This document shows positions 29,590 to 39,900 of a stretch of 64,000 nt of DNA, piece by piece; position 1 is the first letter of the stretch; each line of letters begins with the position of its first letter. The position numbers were made by a program, and so were the translations under genes. The notes beneath the pieces are model-generated. The model was not told where the DNA came from, made no database searches, and saw only the letters and a program-made list of their open reading frames with translations. Source of the stretch: an uncultured Acidobacteriota bacterium (GTDB taxonomy: Bacteria; Acidobacteriota; Vicinamibacteria; Vicinamibacterales; UBA2999). The DNA is taken from assembly GCA_902826515.1 (NCBI GenBank), contig CADEFD010000004.1, forward strand, positions 8,329 to 72,328, written 5' to 3'.

Positions 29590-30115
29590 GGAGCCAGCCT
29601 GCCAGCGCGCGCGTGAGCCGCGGCATCACGATCCAGGTCAGCGCCGCCACCGGAATGGCGGTCGACACCGCGGCCTGCGCGAGGAAGGGCAGGTGCAGCG
29701 GGGCGAGCACGAACGACAACGCGAGGACCTGCGGCAGCAGCGCCAGCCACGTCACGAGCGCCATCTTCCAGCGCGGCGGTGGCGCCGCCGGCCTGGCGCC
29801 CGGAATGGTGAACCAGGTCTCGAGACCCGTGCGCACCTGGGGGGCGTCGCCGGCGCGGCTCGACCGGTCGGCGTCGCGGATCGCCTCGCGATAGGCGCCC
29901 GATTCGCGCCAGCGCTCGAAGGCGGACGCGGATGCGAAGCGCAGAAGCAGCACATGCGGTCCGCCGCCCATCGACGCCAGCACCGAGGCGCCTTCGTGTC
30001 CAGGAGCCGCGGCGGCAGCCGCCATGAAGGCCTGCGTCCACTCGCGGAAGGCCGCGTCCTGGCCCGGCGTGACCACCCGTTCGATCACGATCTTGACGGG
30101 TTGTGACACGGCCAT
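29582..30115 (-). CDS. ABM (antibiotic-biosynthesis-monooxygenase-like) domain protein with C-terminal membrane anchor
   Basis: Start at ATG 30115, immediately after the amidohydrolase stop. A ferredoxin-like ABM segment (VKIVIERVVTPGQDAAFREWTQAF...LLLRFASASAFERWRES) is followed by two predicted TM helices. The longer ORF-track start overlaps the amidohydrolase gene. Confidence 0.7.
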   Translation of the reverse strand: MAVSQPVKIVIERVVTPGQDAAFREWTQAFMAAAAAAPGHEGASVLASMGGGPHVLLLRFASASAFERWRESGAYREAIRDADRSSRAGDAPQVRTGLETWFTIPGARPAAPPPRWKMALVTWLALLPQVLALSFVLAPLHLPFLAQAAVSTAIPVAALTWIVMPRLTRALAGWLHG

Positions 30116-30116
30116 T

Positions 30117-31928
30117 TCAGAATGCCCAGCAGCCGCAGCCATGTGCCCCCCAGAACGATGAAGCGGTTGCACGGCGCCGTTCGTGGGCCGGCGTCGCGCA
30201 GCGATGCGCGCGCGGCACCGGCGCCGGTCCGGGCGGCCCGGCGTCGTGGAAGTGGCCCACGGGCGTCCACCCGGGCGCCGCGGGCGGCAGCGCCGGCGCC
30301 AGCGAGGCGAAGTCGCCGGCGCCGTACACGACCTTGCCATCGACGACCGTGAGCAGCGACGTGAGATGTTCGATGGCCTCGTCCTCCACCGCGAAGTAGT
30401 CCGCCGCCAGGAGCACGAAGTCGGCGTAGCGCCCCGGCGCGAGCATCCCTTTCACCTCGTCCTCGCGCGACATCCAGGCCGAGCCGCGCGTGAAGAGCGC
30501 GAGCGCCGTGTCCCGGTCGAGACGCTGCGCGTTCGGGTAGAGCGCAAGTCCGCCGCGCGTGCGCCCGGTCGTGAGCCATGAAAGCGCCACCCACGGGTTG
30601 TAACTGGCCACGCGTGTGGCGTCGGTGCCGGCGCCCACCGGAACGCCGGCCTCGAGCATCTGCCGCACCGGGGGCGCGACCGCCGCGGCCTCGGCGCCAT
30701 ATCGGGCGACGAAGTGTTCGCCCTGGAACGCCATGCGGTGCTGAATGGCGATGCCGCCGCCGAGCGCCGCCACGCGCGCGATGTTACGGGGCGAGATCGT
30801 CTCGGCGTGGTCGAGCAGCCAGCGCAGGTTGTCGAGCGGGATGTCGCGATGCACGCGCTCGAAGACCTCGAGCATCCGCGTGATTGATTCGTCGTAGGTG
30901 GCGTGCAGGCGAAACGGCCACCCGTGGCTCGCCAGGTGCCTGACGACGGCCTCGAGGTCGCCCTCCATCGCCGGCGCGAGGTCCGGGCGCGGCTGCAGGA
31001 AGTCCTCGAAGTCGGCGGCCGAGAAGGCCAGCATCTCGCCGGCGCCGTTCAGGCGCAGCGACGCGTCGCCTTGATAGGGCGTCGCCAGCGAGGTCCAGCG
31101 CGCGAAATCGGCCAGCTCGCCGCCAGGTGTCTGCGTGAACAGGTTGTAGGCGATACGCAGCGTCAGCAGGCCGTCACGGTGCAGGCGTTCGATGACGGCA
31201 TAGTCGTCGGGGTAGTTCTGGAAGCCGCCGCCGGCATCGATCACGCTGGTCACGCCGAGGCGGTTCAGTTCCCGCATGAACTGCCGCGTCGAGTTCATCT
31301 GATCCTCGACGCTGAGGCGCGGCCCGCGCGCCAGTGTGGCGTAGAGGAGGCCGGCATTCGGATGCGCCACGAGCAGACCCGTCGGCGCGCCATGGCGATC
31401 CCGCTCTATGACGCCGCCCGGAGGATCCGGCGTCGCCTTCGTGTATCCCAGGGCGCGCAGTGCCGCGCCATTCAGCCACGCCCGGTCGTACAGGTGCAGC
31501 ACGAAGACCGGCGTGTCGGGAGCCGCCGCATTGATCTCGTCGAGCGTCGGCATGCGGCGCTCGGCGAACTGGAACTCGCTCCAGCCGCCCACCACGCGCA
31601 CCCATTGCGGCGGCGGTGTGCGGGCGGCCTGTACCCGCAGCATCCTGAGGCCGTCGGCCAGCGAGCGGACGCCCTCCCAGCGCAACTCGAGGTTGAAGTT
31701 GAGCCCGCCGCGTATCAGATGGATGTGGCTGTCGTTCAGTCCGGGGATGAGGCGGCGTCCGCCGCCGTCCACGAGTTGCGTCGTTGCCGCCAGCCACGGC
31801 TGCATGTCGGCCGCCGTGCCGACGGCCACGATGCGCCCGTCTCTCGCCGCCAGCGCCTCGGCCTCGGGCCGGGTGCGGTCGAGCGTGGTGACGCGCGCGT
31901 TGACGACGACGAGATCGGCGGCCGGCAT
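30117..31928 (-). CDS. Amidohydrolase family protein (YtcJ-like metal-dependent hydrolase) with Cys/His-rich C-terminal tail
   Basis: 603 aa. PGLNDSHIHLIRGG (HxH metal motif), amidohydrolase_3-like length, tail ...SSFWGAHGCGCWAF. Confidence 0.9.
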   Translation of the reverse strand: MPAADLVVVNARVTTLDRTRPEAEALAARDGRIVAVGTAADMQPWLAATTQLVDGGGRRLIPGLNDSHIHLIRGGLNFNLELRWEGVRSLADGLRMLRVQAARTPPPQWVRVVGGWSEFQFAERRMPTLDEINAAAPDTPVFVLHLYDRAWLNGAALRALGYTKATPDPPGGVIERDRHGAPTGLLVAHPNAGLLYATLARGPRLSVEDQMNSTRQFMRELNRLGVTSVIDAGGGFQNYPDDYAVIERLHRDGLLTLRIAYNLFTQTPGGELADFARWTSLATPYQGDASLRLNGAGEMLAFSAADFEDFLQPRPDLAPAMEGDLEAVVRHLASHGWPFRLHATYDESITRMLEVFERVHRDIPLDNLRWLLDHAETISPRNIARVAALGGGIAIQHRMAFQGEHFVARYGAEAAAVAPPVRQMLEAGVPVGAGTDATRVASYNPWVALSWLTTGRTRGGLALYPNAQRLDRDTALALFTRGSAWMSREDEVKGMLAPGRYADFVLLAADYFAVEDEAIEHLTSLLTVVDGKVVYGAGDFASLAPALPPAAPGWTPVGHFHDAGPPGPAPVPRAHRCATPAHERRRATASSFWGAHGCGCWAF

Positions 31929-31938
31929 CGACGGCGCC

Positions 31939-32637
31939 TCAGTCGTGGCCGACGGCCGGCACGTAGGGGGGAAGCGCGGTGGCCGGCGCGCCGTGGACCA
32001 TCGTGTACGCGTACTCCACGCCGGCGCCGTAGGCGCCGAAATGGGTCTTCACGATGTCCATGACCGCGTCGTAGGTCTCGCGTGCCGCCCAGTCCCGCTG
32101 CCATTCGAGCATCACCGAGAGCGCGGTGACCGGCACCGCGCCGGCCTGCATCACCCGCTGCATCGCGTTTCTGTGCGCCAGTTCGCTGACGTCGCCGCAG
32201 CAGTCTTCCACCACGTAGACCTCGTAGCCGTCGTGGAGCGCCTGGATGGTCGGCAGCGCCACGCACGTCTCGGTCCACAGGCCGGCGAGCACGATCTTCT
32301 TCCGGCCGGTGGCGGTGATTGCCCCGACGAAGGCGTCGTCGTCCCACGCGTTCATCGTCGAACGCTCGATGGGCGTCTCGCCCGGCACAATCGCCGAGAT
32401 CTGCGGCCACATGTAGCCGCTGAAGCTCTTCGTCTCCACGGTGGACACCACCAGCGGCACGCCGAAGACGCGCGCCGACTTGGCGAGGGCGGTGTTGTTG
32501 TTGACGATCGCCTGCCGATCGGCGCCAGACACGCCAAACAGCATCTGCGGCTGCAGGTCGATCAGGGTCACGACGCAGTTGTCGGGGGTCAGCAGCCCCT
32601 TCTCGCTGCGGGGCGCCAGTCGTCTCGTATCGGTCAT
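31939..32637 (-). CDS. Isochorismatase-family cysteine hydrolase (YcaC-like)
   Basis: 232 aa. VVTLIDLQ..., KKIVLAGLWTETCVALP (catalytic Cys context). Confidence 0.85.
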   Translation of the reverse strand: MTDTRRLAPRSEKGLLTPDNCVVTLIDLQPQMLFGVSGADRQAIVNNNTALAKSARVFGVPLVVSTVETKSFSGYMWPQISAIVPGETPIERSTMNAWDDDAFVGAITATGRKKIVLAGLWTETCVALPTIQALHDGYEVYVVEDCCGDVSELAHRNAMQRVMQAGAVPVTALSVMLEWQRDWAARETYDAVMDIVKTHFGAYGAGVEYAYTMVHGAPATALPPYVPAVGHD

Positions 32638-32665
32638 CGGGTGCTCTCGTCGGCGCGGCGGCGCC

Positions 32666-33169
32666 TCAGTCAGTGGTGGCAGTCTCGCGGAGGAACCAGC
32701 TCCGGCGCTCGGCCTGGTCCACCCAGTTCTCGATCAGGCTGGCCGTGGCGACATCGCCGTGCCGGCCGCACACGTCATGCGCCTCGCGCAGGAACACGGT
32801 GAGGCGATCGTTGTCATCACGCAGCTCGCAGAGCATGCGGTCGTCCCGCACGTCGACCTCGTCGTTGTCGGCCAGGCGCTGATGGCGCGCGATGTCGCCG
32901 ATCGACCGCAGCGTCGTCGCGCCGAGCTTGCGGGCCCGTTCGGCCAGGTCGTCGGTCATCGCGAGGAGCTCGGCGGCCTGTTCGTCGAAAAGCAGGTGGT
33001 AGTCGCGGAAGTGCCGTCCGCGCAGGTGCCAGTGGAAGTTCTTCGTCTTGAGATAGAGCGTGAACGTGTCGGCGAGCAGCGCCCGGAGGGCGGCGGCAAT
33101 CGCCTCGAGCGCGGCTGGCCCGAGGCCTGCCTCGGGGCGCGAAACAGACGGTGTGTGTGCGGCAGGCAT
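32666..33169 (-). CDS. dps: Dps (DNA starvation/stationary-phase protection, ferritin-like) protein
   Basis: Start ATG 33169 preceded by AAGGAGGA. LADTFTLYLKTKNFHWHLRGRHFRDYHLLFDEQ ferroxidase motif. The ORF-track 5' extension overlaps the upstream gene. Confidence 0.92.
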   Translation of the reverse strand: MPAAHTPSVSRPEAGLGPAALEAIAAALRALLADTFTLYLKTKNFHWHLRGRHFRDYHLLFDEQAAELLAMTDDLAERARKLGATTLRSIGDIARHQRLADNDEVDVRDDRMLCELRDDNDRLTVFLREAHDVCGRHGDVATASLIENWVDQAERRSWFLRETATTD

Positions 33170-33182
33170 CCGGTCCTCCTTG

Positions 33183-33818
33183 TCAGGGCGCCACGGCGAC
33201 GGGCAGGCGCTCCAGCAGCTCGCGCGTCGAGACGATCGCGTGCGCGAACGTCGGGCCGTTGAACTCATGGGCGGCGCGCATCCGCTCCTGGCTGAAGGCG
33301 GCCGTGGCGTCCGTGACGAGCGTGACGTGGTAGCCGAGCTCCGCGGCGAACCGGCTCGTGCCTTCGATGCAGGTATTGGCCAGCAGCCCGATGACGACGA
33401 CATGCGTGATCCCGCACTGCTTGAGCAGGAAGTCGAGGTCGGTGTTGGCAAAGCCGCTGCTGCCCCAGTGTTCCTTTGCCACGAGGTCGCCGGGCTGCGG
33501 CGCGAAGTCCGGGTGCCACTCACCGCCCCACGTGCCCGCCGCAAAGACCTGCACGCTGCCGGAGGCCGCCTGATACGGAGTCGGGTGGCCCCAGCGCTCG
33601 TAGTCGCCGGGGGCCGCGCGGTGATGGGGCACGACGATCACCGGCAGGCCGGCGGCCCGCGCGGCGGCCACCACGGCGCGGAGGTTGTCGTGCAGACGCA
33701 CGGACGCGGCAACCGGCGCCACCTGCGGCCACAGCTTGCCGCCCTCCGACAGGAAGTCGTTGTAGGGATCGACGAAGAGCAGCGCCGTGCGTGTCGGGTC
33801 GTACAGGGGTGCGGTCAT
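33183..33818 (-). CDS. Isochorismatase-family cysteine hydrolase
   Basis: 211 aa. ALLFVDPYNDF, HVVVIGLLANTCIEGT. Confidence 0.88.
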   Translation of the reverse strand: MTAPLYDPTRTALLFVDPYNDFLSEGGKLWPQVAPVAASVRLHDNLRAVVAAARAAGLPVIVVPHHRAAPGDYERWGHPTPYQAASGSVQVFAAGTWGGEWHPDFAPQPGDLVAKEHWGSSGFANTDLDFLLKQCGITHVVVIGLLANTCIEGTSRFAAELGYHVTLVTDATAAFSQERMRAAHEFNGPTFAHAIVSTRELLERLPVAVAP

Positions 33819-33819
33819 G

Positions 33820-34680
33820 TCAGCGCGCCTCCGCCACGAAGGCCGCGATGTGCGCGGCGGCCGCCACGGGGAACTGGTGCTGCGGTCCGTGTCCGGCGCG
33901 CGGGAACGTCACCAGCTGCACGGTCGGGAGCTGTCCGCTCAGCGCGTACCAGTTCTCGACCGGGAACGAGACGTCGTGGTCGCCGCCCACGTGCAGGATC
34001 GGGACGGTCGTTGTCCTGAGTGCGGCCAGCACGGCCTCGGCCGGGAAGATCGGACCGGCCGGCCGGCTCGCCATGTGCGCCACCGCCCAGTCGGCGGGCA
34101 CCGGGACACTCCGGTCGGTCGTGCGCGCGGCGATGCGCGCGGCCGAGGCGCGTGCCGCCTCGACGCTCGCCGGCGACGCCGGCTCGAAGAAGAGAATCAC
34201 TTCGTCCTCGAACGAATTCTCGGCATGCGACGCCGTTTCGAAGAACAGCGGCTCCGGCGACTTCACCGTGGGCCCCGGCGGTCCGCTGCCGATGAGCACG
34301 GCGTGGCTCACGCGCTGTGGATGGGTCACCAGGAACACCTGCGCCGCCAGGCCGCCGAGCGACCAGCCGCCCAGCACGACGCGGTCGAGTCCCAATGCGT
34401 CGATGAGGTCGAGGGCATCGTCGGCCAGGGCCGTCAGCGCGTACGATCGCGGGCCGGTGGAGAGCCCGAGGCCGCTGTAGTCGAACGTGATCACCCGGAA
34501 GCCGCGGGCGGCCAGGGCGTCGAGGAACGCCGGGTCCCAGCTGTCGAGGTTGCCGCGGAACCGCGTGCAGAGGACCAGCGGCGTGCCGGTGCCGACACTG
34601 CGGAACGCGAGGCGCCGGCCTCGACGCTCCACCCATTCGGTCGGCGTGCTCACGGCGCCGGTGACAGACGTGGTGGCCAT
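33820..34680 (-). CDS. Alpha/beta hydrolase
   Basis: 286 aa from ATG 34680 (MATTSVTGAV...). GWSLGG nucleophile elbow, C-terminal GHGPQ. The ORF-track 5' extension to 35472 is in a different frame from, and overlaps, the next gene. Confidence 0.85.
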   Translation of the reverse strand: MATTSVTGAVSTPTEWVERRGRRLAFRSVGTGTPLVLCTRFRGNLDSWDPAFLDALAARGFRVITFDYSGLGLSTGPRSYALTALADDALDLIDALGLDRVVLGGWSLGGLAAQVFLVTHPQRVSHAVLIGSGPPGPTVKSPEPLFFETASHAENSFEDEVILFFEPASPASVEAARASAARIAARTTDRSVPVPADWAVAHMASRPAGPIFPAEAVLAALRTTTVPILHVGGDHDVSFPVENWYALSGQLPTVQLVTFPRAGHGPQHQFPVAAAAHIAAFVAEAR

Positions 34681-34685
34681 GACGA

Positions 34686-35546
34686 TCAGCTCCTCGGTGC
34701 GCCGGGAAGGCGCGCGTCGATCCACGCGACGATGTCGGCCAGCACCTTCTCGCGGCCGTAGTCGTTCAGCAGATCGTGCGCGTGGCCGTCGTAGAGCCTG
34801 AGGGTTTTGTCTTTCGAGCCGGCGGTGTCGTAGAAGAACTGGCTGCCCTCGGGCCTCGTGGCCTTGTCGGCGGTGCCGTGCATGATGAACACCGGCAGCG
34901 TGATGAGCGGGAACTCGCGCTCGAGCCGCTCGTCGGCCCGCACGAGCTGGGCGACGGTGAGCGACGGCTGCGACTCGTCCTTGATGAGCGGGTCGCGATT
35001 CATCTGCGCCACCACCTCGGGGTCGCGCGAGAAGTCGGCGTTCTTGAGCGTCAGCACGTGTGTGTGCGGCGTCAGGTGGCTGAGGCCTTTCACCACCGCC
35101 AGCACGAAGTCGGGCGCCGGCACCTTGAAGGCGAAGCTCTCGCAGATGAGGCCGGCGAGCTCCGACTGGTGCTCGAGCGTGTACACGCTCGACACCACGC
35201 CGCCGGCGCTGTGGCCGAGCAGGAACACCGGCAGGCCGGGCTCGCGCGAGCGCGCCAGGGTGATCGTGGCGTCGACGTCGTCGAGGTACTCCTTGAACTC
35301 CTCGATGTAGAACCGCTCGCCGCTCGAGCGCCCGCGGCCGCGCAGGTCGAGCGCGTAGACGGCAAACCCCTGCGCGGCGAGCTGTTCGCCGGCCCACAGG
35401 TAGTAGCCGCTGTGCGAATTGACGCCGTGGCAGATGGTGACGATGGCCTTCGGCGGCCCCGCCGGCTTCCACGACCGAACGAAGATCTGCGCGCCGACGC
35501 TCGGGATGGTCTCTTCGCGCGGGGCCAGGGCAGCGTGGGATGACAT
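34686..35546 (-). CDS. Alpha/beta hydrolase, lysophospholipase/monoacylglycerol-lipase-like
   Basis: 286 aa. ICHGVNSHSGYY, GHSAGG, HGTADK, GHAHDLL. Confidence 0.88.
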   Translation of the reverse strand: MSSHAALAPREETIPSVGAQIFVRSWKPAGPPKAIVTICHGVNSHSGYYLWAGEQLAAQGFAVYALDLRGRGRSSGERFYIEEFKEYLDDVDATITLARSREPGLPVFLLGHSAGGVVSSVYTLEHQSELAGLICESFAFKVPAPDFVLAVVKGLSHLTPHTHVLTLKNADFSRDPEVVAQMNRDPLIKDESQPSLTVAQLVRADERLEREFPLITLPVFIMHGTADKATRPEGSQFFYDTAGSKDKTLRLYDGHAHDLLNDYGREKVLADIVAWIDARLPGAPRS

Positions 35547-35565
35547 GCGTCAGGTCCTTTCGGGA

Positions 35566-36387
35566 TCAGGCGGTGAAGAAGGCGAGAAGGTCGGCGTTGA
35601 CGACGTCGGCGTTGAGTGTGCAGAGACCGTGCGAGAGGCCCGGGTAGACCTTGAGCGTGCCCTGCCGCAGCAGCTTCACGGACTCGAGCGCCGAGGCGCC
35701 GATCGGCACGATCTGGTCGTCGTCACCGTGCATCACGAGAGTCGGCACGTCGATCGCTTTCAGGTCCGCCGTGAAGTCGGTCTCCGAGAAGGCCTTGATG
35801 CAGTCGAGCGCGTTCTTGTGGCCGGCCATCATGCCCTGCAGCCAGAACTTGTCGCGCACGCCCTGCGACACCGACGCGCCGTCGCGGTTGGCCCCATAGA
35901 ACGGCGTCGTCAGGTCCTGGAAGAACTGCGAGCGATCGGCGGCGGTGCCGGCGCGAATGCCGTCGAAGACCTCGAGGGGCAGTCCGCCGGGGTTGGCCGG
36001 CGTCTTCAGCATGAGCGGCGGCACCGCCCCGATGAGCACGGCCTTCGCGACGCGGGCGGTGCCGTGCCGGCCCAGGTACCGCGCGACCTCGCCGCCGCCG
36101 GTGGAATGCCCCACGTGGATGGCGCCGCGCAGATCGAGCTGCGCCGTGAGGGCCGCGAGATCGTCCGCGTAGGTGTCCATCTCGTTGCCAGACCACGGCT
36201 GGCTCGAGCGTCCGTGGCCGCGGCGGTCGTGCGCGATGCAGCGGTAGCCGCGGGAGGCGAAGAACACCATCTGCGCGTCCCAGTCGTCGCCGGTCAGAGG
36301 CCAGCCATGACTGAACACGATGGGCGTTCCGGATCCCCAGTCCTTGTAGTAGATCTGCGTGCCGTCGGTGGTGGTGATGATGGGCAT
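35566..36387 (-). CDS. Alpha/beta hydrolase, non-heme chloroperoxidase/arylesterase-like
   Basis: 273 aa. [54 protein letters not shown] precedes the ATG. Confidence 0.92.
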   Translation of the reverse strand: MPIITTTDGTQIYYKDWGSGTPIVFSHGWPLTGDDWDAQMVFFASRGYRCIAHDRRGHGRSSQPWSGNEMDTYADDLAALTAQLDLRGAIHVGHSTGGGEVARYLGRHGTARVAKAVLIGAVPPLMLKTPANPGGLPLEVFDGIRAGTAADRSQFFQDLTTPFYGANRDGASVSQGVRDKFWLQGMMAGHKNALDCIKAFSETDFTADLKAIDVPTLVMHGDDDQIVPIGASALESVKLLRQGTLKVYPGLSHGLCTLNADVVNADLLAFFTA

Positions 36388-36489
36388 GGCGAGAGTTCTC
36401 CGCAGCTGAAAGTCGTCACCTCGACGACGTGCCGCGCATCGTAGGCGGCGCGAGTCTTTCGCACATCACACGTTCGGGGGAGCCGCGGT

Positions 36490-36840
36490 TCACTCGACCG
36501 GGTCACCCGCGTCCGATGCAACGACGATGCGACGGCCGAAGCGCCACGCGTCGAACGAATAGGCGCCCGGACCGAGCAGCGCCAGCGCTGTCGCGCACAA
36601 CATGAGCGACACCGGCGCCGGCTCGAGCGTAGCGTCCGCGAACGCTCTGGCCGCGAAGGCCACGGCGGCAAACGACGCTAAGATGGGCGTCAACACGCCG
36701 AGGCACAGCAGCACGGCCACAGGCGCATCGAGCCACACCGGCGTCACCCGCTGGACGTCCGGTGCAGGCAGCGCAAGAGAGATGGCCACCGCCATCCGCA
36801 ACAGCACCAGCGCCACACCGGGTCCGGCCGTCGGAAACAT
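36490..36840 (-). CDS. DoxX-like small membrane protein
   Basis: 116 aa from ATG 36840. Four hydrophobic segments, LLGPGAYSFDAWRFGRR C-terminal pattern. The longer ORF-track start (36981) would abut the divergent kinase start. Confidence 0.5.
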   Translation of the reverse strand: MFPTAGPGVALVLLRMAVAISLALPAPDVQRVTPVWLDAPVAVLLCLGVLTPILASFAAVAFAARAFADATLEPAPVSLMLCATALALLGPGAYSFDAWRFGRRIVVASDAGDPVE

Positions 36841-36979
36841 CGAGAAGAGCCGCTGCACGACGGTCAGCCTATCGGGCGGCGGCAGTCGGGGCGTCACGAC
36901 AAGCAGGGACCAGCGCCTCCCTCTTTCGGGGGACTCTGGTGTGGAAACGATCGCGCAGAGTGAGCGGCTGACATCCACC

Positions 36980-39900
36980 ATGACCAGACGTGTCGTTCTC
37001 GGTGCGGCGCTCGTGTTGCTGGCGTCGGCGGCATCGGCTCAGCCGCGTGATGTGGGTCTGGCCGAGCTGTACCACCAGGCCTGGGGCCTGCGCGAAGGAG
37101 CGCCTGGCGCCGTGACGTCGATCGCGCAGACGACCGACGGCTATCTGTGGCTGGCGACGCCGAGCGGCCTGCACCGCTTCGACGGCAACCGCTTCGAGCG
37201 CCTCGTGCCCGTCGAGGGACCGCCGCTGCGGCGTGTCGTGAAGGTCTGGGCGTTCGACGATGGCAGTCTGTGGGCTCTGCACGACCGCGGGGCGCTCACG
37301 GTCTTCGTCGATGGGACACGCACGACATTCACGGCGGCCGACGGACTGCCCCCTCACAACGGTCTCGAACTCGTGCGCGACGCCGCAGGCATCATGTGGC
37401 TCAGCAACCGCGACGGGCTGGCCAGTCTCGCCGGCGGTCGATGGCACGCGTTCGATGCGGCGCTCGACGCGCCGCCGCCTGGAGCGTTCGGACACGGGAT
37501 GCTCGTGGATCGTTCCGGCGCGCACTGGGTCAGCGGGCGTGAACACCTCGCGGTGCGCCGTCCCGGTGAGAGCCGTTTCGTCCGGCTGGCGACGTCGGGC
37601 GGCGCCTCACGGCTGGTCGAAGCCCCGGACGGGCGGCTGTGGGCGACCGGTTCAACGGCCGAAACAAGCGGCCCGGTCAGAGCCGTGACTGCGTCAGGCG
37701 CGGCCGCGCGCGCGGAGTCCCCGGTCGTCGAGGGCCGCGACCTGCTGTTCGATTCACGGGGTGCGTTGTGGGTCATCCACAGCCGGCTCGGTGTCGCGCG
37801 CGTGCACGTCGTCGACGGCCGCCTGGCCGGGCCCGTCGAACGTTTCACGATGCGCGACGGCCTCACCCGTAACGAGGTGTTCGCGATCCTTCGCGATCGC
37901 GAAGGCAACATCTGGACCGGGACCTCCGGCGGCCTCGACCTGTTCCGCGAGACCGCGCTGACGCGCGCGGCGCTGCCGCCGATGCATGCGGCGAGGTTCG
38001 CGGTCGCGCCCGACGGCACGGCCTGGGTGGGCGCCATGACACATCCCCTCGTGCGTGTCGCGCACGGCGTGGTCGAGCGCACGAACGTGCCGACCCGCGT
38101 GACGGGCGTCGGCGTGGACCCGGCCGGCACCGTCTGGGCCTGGGCCTCGTTTGCCTTGTGGCGCCGCGCGTCGTCCGGCTTCGAGCGGGTGGCGGGTCCG
38201 CCGGTCGAGCACGACGAAGCCTCGAGCCTCGTGACCGATCGCCAGGGCCGCCTGTGGGCGGTATTCCTCAACTCCGGCGTCCGCATTCTCACGGATGGCC
38301 GATGGGTGATGCCGGACGTGCCGGGTCTGCCGGACGATCAGGGCCGGGTGCGCATCGCCATCGCCGACCGCACGTCCCGGGTGTGGATGGGCTACGACAC
38401 CGGTCTCGTGGTGCGCTACGACGGCGCCAGGGTGCAGGCCGTGGGGCTGCCACCAGGGGCCGAATACGGCCCGCTGACAGGCCTCGCGGAATCTGGCGAT
38501 CGCATCTGGCTGGCCCGCCGCGGCGGCCTGGCCGCCGTGGACGGCGACCGCGTCCACCTCATCGCGGGCATCGATGAAGGCACGGTGGGTTTCGTTCGCG
38601 GTCTCGCGCGCCAGGCCGATGGCACCCTCTGGCTCGATACCGACCGCGGCATCGTGCGCATCGCGGGCGACGAACTTGAACGCGCGGTGGCGAATCCCAC
38701 GGTCGTGCCGCGCATCCGCATCTTCGACTACCTCGACGGCGTGGTGGGGGGCGCCGCGCCGCGCCCCGCCCAAAGCGCAATTGCCACATCCGACGGTCAA
38801 CTCTGGTTCGGCAGTTTCGACGGCGTGCTGGCGCTCGATCCCGCCCGTCTCTCCGCCGCCTCGCATCCACCGGTCGTGCGCGTCACGCACATCCGGACGG
38901 CCGATCGCGACTACGCGGCCTCCGACGCCCTCACGTTGCCGGTCGGCACGACGACGGTGCACGTCGCCTACACCGGTCTCAGCCTCACGATGCCCGACCG
39001 TGTGCGCTTCCGCTATCACCTCGACGGCGTGGACGCCGGCTGGCAGGAGGCGGAGACGAGACGCGAGGCGACGTACGCGAACCTCGCGCCGGGCACCTAT
39101 ACCTTTCATGTGATCGCCTCGAACAACAACGGCGTCTGGGCCGAAACCGGCGCCTCGACGCGCTTCGTCGTGCCCCCGGCCCTGCACCAGACGCTGGCCT
39201 TCAGATCCGCGGCCGTGCTGACGCTGGCAGGCCTTGCGTGGGCCGCCTTCCGGATCCGCGTCCGGCAGACGGCGGCCGCGATGCACGGCCGGCTCGAAGC
39301 GCAGGTCGCCGAACGCGAGCGCATCGCGCGCGAACTGCACGACACGCTGCTGCAAGGCGTGCAGGGGCTCATTCTCCGCTTCCACGCCGTGGCGTCGCGG
39401 ATGCCGATCGACGCGGGCGTGGCCCGCGACATGGAGGACGCGTTGTCACGCGCCGACGACGTCATGCGCGAGGGCCGGCAGCGCGTCCGCGATCTGCGGC
39501 GCTCGGCCGAGGCGACGACTGATCTGGCGGATGCGATCGCCCGGGCCGGCGACGAGGTCGTCGGCGACGGCGAGCCGATCTTCACGGTCGCCGTCGAAGG
39601 CGCGTCGCGGCCCCTGCATCCGATCGTTCGCGACGAGGCCTACTGGATCGTGCGCGAGGCGCTGATCAATGCCCGCCGGCACGGCCAGGCGCGGCGTCTC
39701 GAGGCCGAACTCACCTACGGCGAGGATGCGCTGTGTGTGCGGTGCCGTGACGACGGCCTCGGCATGCCGCCAACGGTGGCGACCGCGGGGCGCCCCGAAC
39801 ACTTCGGCCTCCGCGGCATGCGCGAACGCGCCAGCCGGATTGGCGGGCACCTGCACATCTGGAGCCGCACCGGCGCCGGCACCGAGGTGGAGCTGCGCGT

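Noticed and set aside
30085-30594. 169-aa minus-strand ORF whose last roughly 20 codons show high GC3 at the amidohydrolase 3' end
   Set aside because: Most of the ORF is Arg/Gly/Ala junk overlapping the amidohydrolase barrel. It is kept only as a caveat in the finding about a possible frame problem in the tail.
33170-33544. 5' extension of the Dps ORF (and analogous extensions 34681..35472, 58170..58466, 17783..17935, 30116..30340)
   Set aside because: The extensions overlap upstream genes and are Arg/Ser/Pro-rich. Internal ATGs with good ribosome-binding sites give full-length family-typical proteins.
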